NCBI GenBank assembly: GCA_903889565.1 | Contig: CAISYC010000048.1 | Coordinates: 1,680 to 65,679 of the forward strand | Reading direction: 5' to 3' | Length of the DNA: 64,000 nucleotides | Origin: an uncultured beta proteobacterium | Lineage (GTDB): Bacteria > Pseudomonadota > Gammaproteobacteria > Burkholderiales > SG8-41 | Shown: piece after piece, positions 44,895 through 55,193 of the stretch | Numbering within the stretch: the stretch's first letter is position 1 | How the letters are laid out: each line of letters opens with the position of its first letter | Position numbers and translations under genes: made by a program | The notes under the pieces: generated by a model | Databases searched by the model: none | Seen by the model: the letters and a program-made list of their open reading frames with translations, nothing else | What the model was told of the DNA's origin: nothing

Positions 44895-45128
44895 TTAGTG
44901 CACGACCATCGGAAAATTGATCAGCACACCGAAGCTGGAGAGAAATTCGTCAACGTGATCCGGCGACGGATCCTCGCCGAGGGCGCCGATCATGGACGCG
45001 CGAAACTTTTCCGCGACATCGCCCTGAAAATAGGTGCCGCGGCTGGTCTGCTTGTCCACTACTTCGTAGCCGTGCTGCACGGGATACTCGACCACGTAGT
45101 AGTTTTCGCTGTTATAGACGATGTTCAT
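44895..45128 (-). CDS. small conserved hypothetical protein (tentatively DUF3567-like)
   Basis: 77-aa acidic protein (MNIVYNSENYYVVEYP...). It resembles, from memory, a small protein conserved in Burkholderiales. The family assignment is not verified. Confidence 0.55.
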   Translation of the reverse strand: MNIVYNSENYYVVEYPVQHGYEVVDKQTSRGTYFQGDVAEKFRASMIGALGEDPSPDHVDEFLSSFGVLINFPMVVH

Positions 45129-45248
45129 GATCTTATTAACGGCCGACTCGGCGTTTGGTTGATAGCGTAGTCCGGAAGTTGCGGGTCACGCGCCATAACT
45201 GGGGCCTAAGCCCGTGTTTTCAAGCAGCTAGCGCACGCCGGGCTGCAG

Positions 45249-46121
45249 TCAGCGCCGCCGGCTGACGGCAATTCCGAACAAAATCAGGGCCAGACCGGCG
45301 AAGGCGCGCGGCCCCGGCTGCTCGCCGAGCAGCAGCACGCCGGCGGCCAGCGCGATCACCGGCGACAGATAATTGACCAGCGACATGAAAGTCGGCCCGG
45401 CGGTCGCAATCAGCTGAAAATAGAGGATGGTGGCCAGCGCGGTCGGCCCGATGCCGAGCCAGACGATGGCGGCGACCGACTCCGCACTCGGCGTCAGCGT
45501 CCACGGTTGATCGAACCACAGCGCCAGCGGCAGCACCAGCACGGTGCCGGCGATCAACACCGCCGTCGAGGCCACCAGAAAATCCGCGCTGATCAGGCGG
45601 CGCGCCAGCACACTGTTAGCGGCGTAACAAACCGCACCCGCCAGCACGGCGAGTTCGGCGACGAGATCGGCATCCAGCCCGGCCAGCGCCGACGGCCCCA
45701 TCAACACGACAATGCCGCCGAAGCCGATCGTAAAGCCGGCGATGCGCCACGCGGTAATACGATCGCCGGCGACATAAAAATGCGCCAGCAGCAGCGTCGT
45801 CAGCGGCATGATCGCCATCAGGATCCCGGCCAGCGCGCTGGTGATCGTTTGCTGGCCCCAGCTGATCAGATAAAACGGCGCCGCGTTGCCGACTACCGCA
45901 AGCACCGCGTAGGGCCACCAGTCGCGCCCCAACCGCGGCAGACGCAAACCGCGCCAGCACAGCGCGGCGTACAGAATGATCGCGCCGAGTGCCAGCCGCC
46001 CCGCCACCAGCGTCGCCGGCGGCACCGTGGCCACACCCAGCTTGATAAAAAGAAACGCGCTGCCCCACATCGCCGACAGCGCGAACAGCAGGAGCCAGTC
46101 GCCGGCACTGCGCGATGACAT
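45249..46121 (-). CDS. DMT superfamily (EamA-like) transporter
   Basis: 290 aa with 10 TM helices arranged as two EamA repeats (MWGSAFLFIK ... PVIALAAGVLLLGE). Confidence 0.85.
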   Translation of the reverse strand: MSSRSAGDWLLLFALSAMWGSAFLFIKLGVATVPPATLVAGRLALGAIILYAALCWRGLRLPRLGRDWWPYAVLAVVGNAAPFYLISWGQQTITSALAGILMAIMPLTTLLLAHFYVAGDRITAWRIAGFTIGFGGIVVLMGPSALAGLDADLVAELAVLAGAVCYAANSVLARRLISADFLVASTAVLIAGTVLVLPLALWFDQPWTLTPSAESVAAIVWLGIGPTALATILYFQLIATAGPTFMSLVNYLSPVIALAAGVLLLGEQPGPRAFAGLALILFGIAVSRRR

Positions 46122-46267
46122 CGGAAATCCGGATAAAAAAGCGTTCGCTATGATGCCCGTAATCGCGCGCCGATGTATATAGCGGCGCCATTACCGAACC
46201 TAATCCGATGACGCGCGGCGCGTGTTAAGATTTTTTCGGACACACGGCACACGCGGAGGAGAACGCC

Positions 46268-47227
46268 ATGCTGAAGACCACGGTCGCACTGCTTGCCGGT
46301 TGCCTGTCTGCCTGCGTCGCATCGGCACAACCTTTCCCCAATCGCCCGATCCGCGTCGTCGTGCCCTTCCCGGCCGGCGGCAATGTTGATACCTACATCC
46401 GCCAGCTCGCACTGCAGATGGAAATCTCGATGGGCCAGCCGCTGGTGATCGACAACCGCGGCGGCGCCAACGGCATCCTCGGCTGCGACATCGTCGCCAA
46501 ATCGGCACCCGACGGCTACACCGTGCTCGCGACTTCGGTCGCCTTCGCCGTCAATCCGTCGATGTACAAGCGACTGCCGTACGACAGCGAAAAGCACTTC
46601 ACGCCGATCACCAATTACGCCAACGGACTCGGCTACGTGTTGGTCGCGCATCCGTCGGTGCCGGCAAACAACATCCGGGAGTTGATCGAAATCGGCAAAA
46701 AGCAAATCCTGCGCTACAGCTCGGCCGGCATCGGCAACGGCCAGCATCTGGCGGGCGAACTGCTGGCGCAAAAAGCCGGCATCACGCTGCAACACATCCC
46801 GTACAAGGGCGGCGGACCGGCGCTCACCGCGGTGTTGAGCAGCGAAGTGCATCTGCATTTTCCGGGCGCCAGCGTGGCAGTGCCGCATCTGAAGGCCGGA
46901 CGGCTGCGCGGCATCGGCTTCACCGGCGACAAACGCATCTCGTCGCTGCCCGATCTGCCGACCATCGCCGAGAGCGGATTGCCCGGCTACAGTTTCGACA
47001 CCGGCTGGCACGCCATGTTCGCGCCGCCGAAGACGCCGGCTGCCATCGTCAACCGCTTTCAGATAGAAGTTAAGAAGGCGTTCGAAAACGCCGCGCTGCG
47101 CGAGGCCTTCTCCAGCACCGGCTATGAACCGGCTGCCGCGCCGCCGGCGGAATTCGCCAAACTCTTCAAGGCGGATTTGACGCGCTTCGCGGAAATCATG
47201 AAAGCGGCAAAGATCGAACCGCAGTGA
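46268..47227 (+). CDS. Bug family (TctC-like) substrate-binding protein
   Basis: Signal peptide, then FPNRPIRVVVPFPAGG and DNRGGANG motifs. A GGAGGAG Shine-Dalgarno is present. Confidence 0.9.
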   Translation: MLKTTVALLAGCLSACVASAQPFPNRPIRVVVPFPAGGNVDTYIRQLALQMEISMGQPLVIDNRGGANGILGCDIVAKSAPDGYTVLATSVAFAVNPSMYKRLPYDSEKHFTPITNYANGLGYVLVAHPSVPANNIRELIEIGKKQILRYSSAGIGNGQHLAGELLAQKAGITLQHIPYKGGGPALTAVLSSEVHLHFPGASVAVPHLKAGRLRGIGFTGDKRISSLPDLPTIAESGLPGYSFDTGWHAMFAPPKTPAAIVNRFQIEVKKAFENAALREAFSSTGYEPAAAPPAEFAKLFKADLTRFAEIMKAAKIEPQ

Positions 47228-47334
47228 AGCTGAAAACGGCGAAGATCGACCCGCACTGGTTCGCGCACAACCGGGCCGCAGCGGCAGCATCTGTATAATG
47301 CCGCCTTCCCATCACAACAACCGGTCCATTTCCG

Positions 47335-49362
47335 ATGCTGCTCTACGCTTGTACCATTTTCACAAGCGCTTTCCTGCTGTTCCTCGTTCAGCCGATCATC
47401 GCCAAACAAATCCTGCCGTGGTTCGGCGGCTCCGCCGCGGTGTGGACGACCTGCCTTGTGTTTTTTCAGCTGGCACTGCTTGCCGGCTACGCCTACACCG
47501 ACTTCACCACGCGCAAACTGAAACCGCGCACGCAGGTGATCCTGCATATCGCGCTGCTGCTGGCGAGTCTGGCGGTGCTGCCGATCGTCGCCGACGTGAG
47601 CTGGAAGCCCGCCGGCAACGAAGACCCGGGCGCGCGCATCATCGGCCTCCTGTTCGCCACCATCGGCCTGCCCTATCTGCTGCTCTCGACCACCGGCCCG
47701 CTGGTGCAGGCTTGGTTCGCGCGCAGTTTCCCGCAGAGCACTGTTTATCGTTTGTTCGCACTGTCGAACCTCGCTTCGATGCTGGCGCTGATTTCGTACC
47801 CCTTCGTGTTCGAAACGTGGATCGCCACCGCCACCCAGGCCTATGCATGGTCGGCGGGCTATGGCCTGTTCGCCGTGCTGTGTGCGACTTCGGCGATCTA
47901 CAGCCTGCGCACGAATGCGATCACTGATATCCCGCTCGCCAGCGCTGCTGCAACAGCGGCCGCGGAGTCGCCCGCCCCGGGCAAACTCGATCTGTTCCTG
48001 TGGCTCGCGCTCTCGGCGATGGGTTCGTGGCTGCTCTTGGCGATCACCAATCACATCACGCAGAACATCGCCTCCATCCCCTTCCTGTGGCTGGCGCCGC
48101 TGACCCTGTATCTGCTCACCTTCATTCTCTGTTTCGATAGCGACCGCTGGTACCGCCGCGCATGGATGCTGGGGCCGATCGCGATCATCGTCGGCTTCTG
48201 CGCGTGGGGCCTGAAGCCCGACAGCGACGTCACGCTCAACATCAGGATCGCGATTCCGCTGTATCTCGCCGGCCTGTTCGCCAGCTGCATGTTCTTCCAC
48301 GGCGAACTTGCCCAGATGCGGCCCGCGCCGCGTTATCTGACGCGCTTTTATCTGATGGTGTCGCTGGGCGGCGCGATCGGCGGCATGTTCGTCGGCCTGA
48401 TTGCGCCGCGCATTTTTGTGTCGTACTCCGAACTCGGACTCGGTTTCGTCGTTGCCGCGATTCTCGCCGCGATCACGCTGCGCCGGATGCCCATCCTCGT
48501 CTGGTTGACCGCGATCGGTGTCGCCGGCCTGTGCGGATTTTTCTGGAACAAGCAGCTCGTGCAGTTGCAGGAGGACACGCGGGTGATGAAGCGCGACTTC
48601 TACGGCACGCTGCGCACCAAGGACACCGGACCCGAGACCAGCGACACCGCGATGCGCCGCCTGATTCACGGCGTGATCCTGCACGGCGAGCAATACCTGA
48701 AACCTGAAAAGCGCACCGAACCGACCACCTACTACGGGCCCGATTCGGGCGTCGGCATTCTGATCAAGATCGACAACCCGCAGAACCAGAAAGTCGGCGT
48801 CATCGGGCTCGGCACGGGCACGCTCGCGGCCTGGGGCAAACCCGGCGACACCTACCGCTTCTACGACATCAACCCCCAGGTGATCGAGGTCGCGAAAACC
48901 GAATTCAGTTTCCTCGGCGACAGCAAGGCCAACATCGAAACCGTGCTTGGCGACGCGCGCCTCTCGCTGGAACGCGACGAGCCGCAGAATTTCGATGTGC
49001 TGGTGGTCGATGCCTTCTCCAGCGATGCGATTCCGGTGCACCTGATCACGCGCGAGGCGGTGGCGACCTATCTCAGGCATCTGAAACCATCCGGCGGCAT
49101 TGCCTTCCACGTCACCAACCGCTTCCTGCAGCTGGCGCCGGTAGTCAAGCAGATCGCCGACACGCTGGGGCTCTATACGGCGCTGGTGGTCGATGATGCG
49201 GACAATACGGATTTTTCGAAAACCGACTGGGTGATCGTCACGCGCGACAAGACGCTGCTCGACAACCCGGCGCTCGCCGGCAAGACCACGCCGATCGATG
49301 AGATCAAGGGTCTCAAGCTGTGGACCGACGATTTCAGCAGCCTGTATCAGATTCTGAAGTAA
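47335..49362 (+). CDS. fused polytopic membrane domain / spermidine-synthase-like methyltransferase-fold protein
   Basis: A membrane region of about 400 aa (FLLFLVQPIIAKQILPWFGGSAAVW) is followed by a spermidine-synthase-like domain (VGVIGLGTGTLA, DVLVVDAFSSDAIPVHL). Confidence 0.85.
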   Translation: MLLYACTIFTSAFLLFLVQPIIAKQILPWFGGSAAVWTTCLVFFQLALLAGYAYTDFTTRKLKPRTQVILHIALLLASLAVLPIVADVSWKPAGNEDPGARIIGLLFATIGLPYLLLSTTGPLVQAWFARSFPQSTVYRLFALSNLASMLALISYPFVFETWIATATQAYAWSAGYGLFAVLCATSAIYSLRTNAITDIPLASAAATAAAESPAPGKLDLFLWLALSAMGSWLLLAITNHITQNIASIPFLWLAPLTLYLLTFILCFDSDRWYRRAWMLGPIAIIVGFCAWGLKPDSDVTLNIRIAIPLYLAGLFASCMFFHGELAQMRPAPRYLTRFYLMVSLGGAIGGMFVGLIAPRIFVSYSELGLGFVVAAILAAITLRRMPILVWLTAIGVAGLCGFFWNKQLVQLQEDTRVMKRDFYGTLRTKDTGPETSDTAMRRLIHGVILHGEQYLKPEKRTEPTTYYGPDSGVGILIKIDNPQNQKVGVIGLGTGTLAAWGKPGDTYRFYDINPQVIEVAKTEFSFLGDSKANIETVLGDARLSLERDEPQNFDVLVVDAFSSDAIPVHLITREAVATYLRHLKPSGGIAFHVTNRFLQLAPVVKQIADTLGLYTALVVDDADNTDFSKTDWVIVTRDKTLLDNPALAGKTTPIDEIKGLKLWTDDFSSLYQILK

Positions 49363-49417
49363 GCGCATGAATCCGCGTTTCCCCTGAACACGGGGAGACG
49401 GTCGGATTGAGGGGGTA

Positions 49418-50401
49418 ATGATGTTGAACAGGCCTTTCAAGATTGCCTACATCGGCGCTGCAGCACTACTCAGCCCCGCAGTCACACTCGCCGCCGCCGT
49501 CGATACCTTTCCGCAAAAACCGGTGCGCTTTCTCGTGCCCTTCGTGCCCGGCGCCGGCACCGACATCACCACGCGCGCGCTGGCGCGCAAACTCACCGAA
49601 ATGTGGGGCCAGCAGGTGGTCGCCGACAACCGCGCCGGCGCCGGCGGCGCGATTGCCGTCGACCTCACCGCGCACGCCGATCCCGACGGTTATACGATTT
49701 GCCTGATCTCGGCCGGCCATTCCGTGCTGTCGGCCAGCGGCAATCCGATTCCTTATGATCTCGAAAAAGATTTGCAGGCGATCGCGCAGGTGACGAGTCT
49801 GTTCTATGTGCTGACCGTGCATCCGTCGCTGCCGGCCAAATCGGTCGCAGAACTGATCGCCTACGCGCGCGCCAATCCGGGCAAGCTCAATCAGGGTTCG
49901 TCGGGCACCGGCGCGCTGCAACACCTTGCCGGTGAAATGCTCGCCTACAAGGCCGGCGTCAAGTTCACGCATATCCCGTACAAGGGCGGCGCGGCGGCGC
50001 TGACGGCCACGCTCGCCGGTGAAGTGGAAATGAGCTTCACCACATTGTTGAGCGCGCGGCCCTACATGCAAAGCAACCGCCTGCGCATCCTCGGCATCAC
50101 TGCCGGCAAGCGCTCGCCCGCCGCGCCCGAACTGCCGACCATCGCCGAAGGCGGCGTGCCCGGCTATGAAGCCAATCAATGGTACGGCGTCATCACCTCG
50201 GCCAAAGTGCCGAAAGACATCGTCAACAAACTCTCGCTCGCGCTCAACGCGGCGGTCAACGCCCCCGACGTCGCCGAGCGCCTGATGAAAGACGGCTCCA
50301 CCCCGCACGGCACCACGCCGGCGCAATTCCAGGCGCATATCCACTCCGAAATCGCGAAGTGGCGGGAGTTGATCAAGGTCGCGGGCATCAGGCTCAACTG
50401 A
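49418..50401 (+). CDS. Bug family (TctC-like) substrate-binding protein
   Basis: Signal peptide, then FPQKPVRFLVPFVPGAGTD and DNRAGAGG motifs. Confidence 0.9.
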   Translation: MMLNRPFKIAYIGAAALLSPAVTLAAAVDTFPQKPVRFLVPFVPGAGTDITTRALARKLTEMWGQQVVADNRAGAGGAIAVDLTAHADPDGYTICLISAGHSVLSASGNPIPYDLEKDLQAIAQVTSLFYVLTVHPSLPAKSVAELIAYARANPGKLNQGSSGTGALQHLAGEMLAYKAGVKFTHIPYKGGAAALTATLAGEVEMSFTTLLSARPYMQSNRLRILGITAGKRSPAAPELPTIAEGGVPGYEANQWYGVITSAKVPKDIVNKLSLALNAAVNAPDVAERLMKDGSTPHGTTPAQFQAHIHSEIAKWRELIKVAGIRLN

Positions 50402-50601
50402 AACGCCGGGCCACGGCGTAATCGTCGTTCGCGCCGACGGGCCACGCATTATCAATTGAACTTCCGGCTGGTTGCCTACGGGCTCACGCGTCTGATTCAG
50501 TCACGACGTATGGACGTCAAGCAAACACCGCACGCCCGATTTACACGCCGCCCCTATGCTAGACTAGTCGCGCGTTTTCCTCTCGGAAATTACAAAAAAT
50601 C

Positions 50602-51078
50602 ATGCCGGAAAAAATCACGCTGATCGTCAACGGCGCTGCGCATACCGTCACCGCCGAACCCGACACGCCGCTGCTCTACATCCTGCGCAACGATCTGAAG
50701 CTAAAGGGCGCCAAGTTCGGATGCGGCCTCGGCCAGTGCGGCGCCTGCATGGTGCTGATGGACGGCCACAACGTGATGTCCTGCGAAGTGCCGCTGTGGT
50801 CGGCGGTCGGCAAATCGATCACCACCATCGAAGGCCTCGGCACCCTGCAATCGCCGCACGCCCTGCAGCGCGCCTTTATCGGCGAGCAGGCCGCGCAGTG
50901 CGGCTACTGCCTCTCGGGTGTGATCATGTCGTCCGCCGCATTGCTGGCGGCCAATCCGGAACCGACGCTGGACGACATCAAACAGGCGCTCACGCGCAAC
51001 CTCTGCCGCTGCGGCACCCACACGCGCATGATCAAGGCGGTGCAGCGCGCCGCCGCCGATCTGAAGGCCGCGAAATGA
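50602..51078 (+). CDS. (2Fe-2S)-binding small subunit of a molybdenum hydroxylase (IorA/CoxS-like)
   Basis: Cys motifs CGLGQCGAC (plant-type) and CGYCLSG...CRCGT. Confidence 0.9.
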   Translation: MPEKITLIVNGAAHTVTAEPDTPLLYILRNDLKLKGAKFGCGLGQCGACMVLMDGHNVMSCEVPLWSAVGKSITTIEGLGTLQSPHALQRAFIGEQAAQCGYCLSGVIMSSAALLAANPEPTLDDIKQALTRNLCRCGTHTRMIKAVQRAAADLKAAK

Positions 51079-53216
51079 ATGCGCCGGTCAAACTGCCGGG
51101 CAGTCTCGATGCCAACCGCCAGCTCGACCAGTGGCTGAAGTTCGAAGCCGACGGCACGCTTACGGTCTTTACCGGCAAAGTCGAGATCGGTCAAGGTGTG
51201 GTCACCGCGATGGCGCAGATCGCCGCCGAGGAACTCGATATTTCGCTGGCGAAGGTGCGTATGGTCTCCGGCGACACCGTGCTGACCCCCGACGAAGGCC
51301 ACACCTCGGGCAGCCGCTCGATCGACGAAGGCGGCACTGCGCTCCGTTACGCCAGCGCCGAGGCACGCGACCTCTTGCTGCGCGAGGCGGCCAAACGCCT
51401 CGACATACCGCTCGATAAACTGACCATTGAAGACGGCGTTGTCAGCGGCTTCGATCGCATTCGCCGCGTTTCGTACTGGGAACTGCCGCACACCGCGCTG
51501 CTGGCGAGGGAAGCCACCGCGTCGGTCAAACCCAAAGCGGCGTCCAAGCACAGCATCGTCGGTACCGCAGTCGACCGCCTCGACATTCCATTCAAGGCCA
51601 CCGGCACGCCGCGTTACGTGCAGGACATCGAGTTGCCTGGCATGCTGTTCGGCCGCGTGGTGCGACCGCCCTCGTACGATGCGCAACTCACCGCCTTCGA
51701 CGCCGACGCCATCCGCAAGCTGCCCGGCGTGGTAGCGGTGCTGCGCGACGGCAATTTCATCGGCGTGGTTGCCGAACGCGAAGAACAGGCGGTGAAGGCG
51801 CGTACTGCCGCACTCAAGGCCGCGCAGTGGAAGGAAGTTCCGATCGCTGCCGACGAAGCCGGCATGCACGAATATCTGCGCACGCGCCCCGACAACAAGG
51901 AAACGCTGATTTCAGAACGCGTCGATGCCACGGCAAAGGCGCGAGGCACGCGCAAACTCGATGCGCGTTACACCAAACCCTATATCGCCCACGCCTCGAT
52001 CGGCCCCTCCTGCGCGCTCGCGCGTATCGACGGCGAGCGCATCGAAGTGTGGTCGCACAGCCAGGGCGTGTATCAACTGCGCTACGACCTCGCCACCGTG
52101 CTGCAGATGGACCTTGAAAAAATTATCGTCCATCACGGCGAAGGTTCGGGTTGTTACGGCCACAACGGCGCCGATGATGTCGCGCTCGATGCGGTGCTGC
52201 TATCGCGCGCCGCCGGCGGCCGCCCGGTGCAGGTGCAATGGATGCGCGACGACGAGTTCGCGTGGGAACCCTACAGCCCGGCGATGACCACCGACGTGCA
52301 TGCCGCCCTCGACGACGCCGGCAATATCGTCGACTGGTCGGTCGAGGTCTGGAGCAACGGCCACAGCCAGCGGCCGGTATCGATCAAGACGCCGTCGCCG
52401 GTGTCGTCGCTGCTGTCGGCTTGGTATCTCGAACAGCCGGTGACGCGACGCACGCAGGCCGATCCGCCGATGGCGGGCGGCGGCGGCATGGCGCGCAATG
52501 CACCGGTGATTTACGCGCTTCCGAACGAGCGCGTGGTCGCGCACCGCGTCGAGGTGCAGCCGCTGCGCGCGTCTGCCTTGCGCGGGCTCGGCGCCATCAG
52601 CAATGTATTCGCAATCGAATCGTTCATGGACGAACTCGCCGCCGCAGCGAACTGCGACCCGATTGAATTCCGTCTTCGCCACATGAAAGATGCGCGCGCA
52701 CGCGCCGTGATCGAACTCGCCGCCGAGAAAGCCGGCTGGAAACCCGGCACGCAAAGCGACGGCACGAGCGGCCGCGGCTTTGCGTTCTCGCAATACAAGA
52801 ACGGCTACGGCTATATGGCGGTGGTGATCGATCTTTCGCTGGAACCGGATCCGCATGTCACGCGCGCGGTGGCCGCAGTCGATGTCGGCCAGGTCATCAA
52901 TCCGGACGGCGTGATCAATCAGTCCGAAGGCGGCATCGTGCAGGCGATCAGCTGGGCGCTGAAGGAACAGGTGCGCCACGACCGCGAGCGCGTGCTGTCG
53001 CGCGACTGGGAAACCTACCCGATCCTCACCTTCGCGGAAATTCCGGCGATCGAAATCCATCTGATCGACCGGCCGGAAGAAAAACCATTGGGCGCCGGCG
53101 AGATCGCCGCCGGCCCGGTGCCGGCCGCAGTCGCCAATGCGTTGTATCACGCGCTGGGTGTGCGCCTGCGCGATCTGCCGCTGACGCGCGAGAAAATTGC
53201 GGCGGCGCTGGTTTAA
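51075..53216 (+). CDS. molybdopterin-binding subunit of a xanthine-dehydrogenase-family oxidoreductase (IorB-like)
   Basis: About 713 aa with IGQG and GSRS motifs. Its ATG overlaps the small-subunit stop (ATGA). The 831-aa track ORF is an artefactual 5' extension. Confidence 0.85.
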   Translation: MNAPVKLPGSLDANRQLDQWLKFEADGTLTVFTGKVEIGQGVVTAMAQIAAEELDISLAKVRMVSGDTVLTPDEGHTSGSRSIDEGGTALRYASAEARDLLLREAAKRLDIPLDKLTIEDGVVSGFDRIRRVSYWELPHTALLAREATASVKPKAASKHSIVGTAVDRLDIPFKATGTPRYVQDIELPGMLFGRVVRPPSYDAQLTAFDADAIRKLPGVVAVLRDGNFIGVVAEREEQAVKARTAALKAAQWKEVPIAADEAGMHEYLRTRPDNKETLISERVDATAKARGTRKLDARYTKPYIAHASIGPSCALARIDGERIEVWSHSQGVYQLRYDLATVLQMDLEKIIVHHGEGSGCYGHNGADDVALDAVLLSRAAGGRPVQVQWMRDDEFAWEPYSPAMTTDVHAALDDAGNIVDWSVEVWSNGHSQRPVSIKTPSPVSSLLSAWYLEQPVTRRTQADPPMAGGGGMARNAPVIYALPNERVVAHRVEVQPLRASALRGLGAISNVFAIESFMDELAAAANCDPIEFRLRHMKDARARAVIELAAEKAGWKPGTQSDGTSGRGFAFSQYKNGYGYMAVVIDLSLEPDPHVTRAVAAVDVGQVINPDGVINQSEGGIVQAISWALKEQVRHDRERVLSRDWETYPILTFAEIPAIEIHLIDRPEEKPLGAGEIAAGPVPAAVANALYHALGVRLRDLPLTREKIAAALV

Positions 53217-53237
53217 ATTCGGCCCGTACGGGTTAAC

Positions 53238-53395
53238 GCAAGAAACCCCTTCCCCCCTTGAGGGGGAAGTGTAGGGATGGGGGGGGAACGGTGAAAGATA
53301 AATCCCCCCACCCTAACCCTCCCCCCGCGAGGGGGGAGGGAATGAAACAATAGAAGCGGGCCCCGGAATGCGCTGCTCTCCTTCCGGCTACGAAT
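53238..53395 (+). repeat. structured G/C-run repeat element, copy A (5' leader of pcaD-like 1)
   Basis: Four hairpins: 53249-53269; 53273-53314; 53317-53340 (a 10-bp stem ccctcccccc/ggggggaggg with a GCGA loop); and 53363-53387. It is homologous block-by-block to 54237-54383. Confidence 0.8.
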
Positions 53396-53422
53396 TAATA
53401 AAGTGAATCAAGAGGCGAGGCA

Positions 53423-54208
53423 ATGAAAGTCAAAACCAACAGCATCGAAATCAATTACGAAATCGCAGGCGACGGCCCGTGGATCACGCTGTCGCACTCG
53501 CTCGCCTGCAATCTGCACATGTGGGACGAGCAGATGGAGCTGCTGACCAAACGCTTCAAGGTGCTGCGCTTCGACACGCGCGGACACGGCCACAGCACGG
53601 CGCCCGAAGGCGACTACACGCTGGAACAGATGGCCGACGACGTGCATGGCCTGTTCGCGCATCTGGGCATCAAGCAGACGCACTGGATCGGCCTCTCGAT
53701 GGGCGGCATGATCGGCCAGACCTATGCGCTCAAATATCCGGGCGTGTTCACGTCGCTGGTGCTGGCCGACACCACCAGCCGGCGCCCGCCGAACGCGGCG
53801 CAGATGTGGGGCGACCGTATCAAGATGGCGCGCGAGAAAGGCATGGATGCGCTGGTCGAGAGCACGCTGGCGCGCTGGTTCACCGCGCCCTACATCCAGT
53901 CGCGCAAGGATGTGATGGCGCGCATCGCCAATGACATCCGCAACACACCGGTGGCCGGCTTCTGCGGCGCCTGCGCGGCGATCGCCAAGGTCGACACCCT
54001 AGACCGCCTGAAAGAAATCAAATGCCCGGTGTTCATCACAGTCGGCGATCAGGATCACGGCACGCCGCCCGAGATGGCGCGCGCGATTCACGCCAACCTG
54101 CCGGGATCATCGCTCGCCATCATCGAATCGGCGGCGCATATCTCGAACATCGAGCAGCAGGAAGTCTTCAATAGAAATCTGATCAACTTCCTCGACAGCG
54201 TGAAATAG
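53423..54208 (+). CDS. alpha/beta hydrolase, 3-oxoadipate enol-lactonase (PcaD)-like, paralog 1
   Basis: 261 aa with LRFDTRGHG, the nucleophile elbow GLSMGG, and the AAHISNIE (His) motif. Confidence 0.85.
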   Translation: MKVKTNSIEINYEIAGDGPWITLSHSLACNLHMWDEQMELLTKRFKVLRFDTRGHGHSTAPEGDYTLEQMADDVHGLFAHLGIKQTHWIGLSMGGMIGQTYALKYPGVFTSLVLADTTSRRPPNAAQMWGDRIKMAREKGMDALVESTLARWFTAPYIQSRKDVMARIANDIRNTPVAGFCGACAAIAKVDTLDRLKEIKCPVFITVGDQDHGTPPEMARAIHANLPGSSLAIIESAAHISNIEQQEVFNRNLINFLDSVK

Positions 54209-54218
54209 AACGACATTT

Positions 54219-54383
54219 GTAGCCGGAAGGAGCAAAGCAAGAAACTCCTTTCCCCCTTGAGGGGGAAGGCGGGGATGGGGGGGTTAGTTGATACCCCCCA
54301 CCCTGCCCCCCCTCAAGGGGGGAGGGAACGCAAGAGTGTAAGCAGAATCCCGGAATGCGCTGCGCTTCTTCCGGGCTACGAAT
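54219..54383 (+). repeat. structured G/C-run repeat element, copy B (with terminal inverted repeat)
   Basis: It has the same hairpin series as copy A. It also carries a terminal inverted repeat: gtagccggaag at 54219-54229 against cttccgggctac at 54368-54379. Confidence 0.8.
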
Positions 54384-54407
54384 CGGGATTGATAGGGGAA
54401 CGACAAT

Positions 54408-55193
54408 ATGAAGGTCAAAGCAAACTGTATCGAAATCAATTATGAAATCGAAGGCGACGGCCCGTGGCTGACGCTTTCGCACTCGCTGTGCTGCGATCTG
54501 CACATGTGGGACGAGCAGATGCCGGCGCTGACCAAAAAGTTCAAAGTGCTGCGTTTCGATACGCGCGGCCACGGCGGCAGCAGCGCGCCGGCCGAGGCCT
54601 ATACGCTCGAACAGATGGCGGACGACGTGCGCGGCTTGTTCGATGCCCTCGGCATCAAGCAAACGCACTGGTGCGGCCTGTCGATGGGCGGCATGATCGG
54701 CCAGACCTTCGCGCTGCGTCATCCGGGCTACTTCAAGACCTTGACGCTCGCCGACACCACCAGCTATTACCCGCCGGAAACGCAGGGTCCCTGGGGCGAC
54801 CGGATCAAGCTCGCGCAGGAAAAAGGCATGGCGCCGTTCGGCGAGATGATGGTTTCGCGCTGGTTCACCGAGGGTTATGTGAAAAGCGGCGCGCCGGCGC
54901 TGACGCGCATCGCCGCTTCAGTGCGCGCAACAAAGGCTGAGGGCTTCATCGGCTGCTGCCATGCAATTCCGAAAATTAACGTGACCAGTCGGCTCAAGGA
55001 AATCAAATGCCCGACGCTGGTGATCGTTGGCGAACAGGACCCGGGCACGCCGGTGGCGATGGCGCAACTGATTCACGACAACCTGCCGGGCTCCGAACTG
55101 GTGATCATTCCGAATGCCGCGCATCTCTCGAATATCGAACAGACCGTGGCCTTCGACGCCGCACTGCTCGGTTTCATTGCGCGCCATGCGTAA
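54408..55193 (+). CDS. alpha/beta hydrolase, 3-oxoadipate enol-lactonase (PcaD)-like, paralog 2
   Basis: 261 aa, aligning without gaps to paralog 1, with GLSMGG and AAHLSNIE motifs. Confidence 0.85.
   Translation: MKVKANCIEINYEIEGDGPWLTLSHSLCCDLHMWDEQMPALTKKFKVLRFDTRGHGGSSAPAEAYTLEQMADDVRGLFDALGIKQTHWCGLSMGGMIGQTFALRHPGYFKTLTLADTTSYYPPETQGPWGDRIKLAQEKGMAPFGEMMVSRWFTEGYVKSGAPALTRIAASVRATKAEGFIGCCHAIPKINVTSRLKEIKCPTLVIVGEQDPGTPVAMAQLIHDNLPGSELVIIPNAAHLSNIEQTVAFDAALLGFIARHA

Noticed and set aside
47122-49440. 772-aa - strand ORF
   Set aside because: Antisense to the fused membrane/spermidine-synthase gene and to part of a Bug gene. The translation is Arg/Gly/Asp-rich with no recognisable domain or Shine-Dalgarno.
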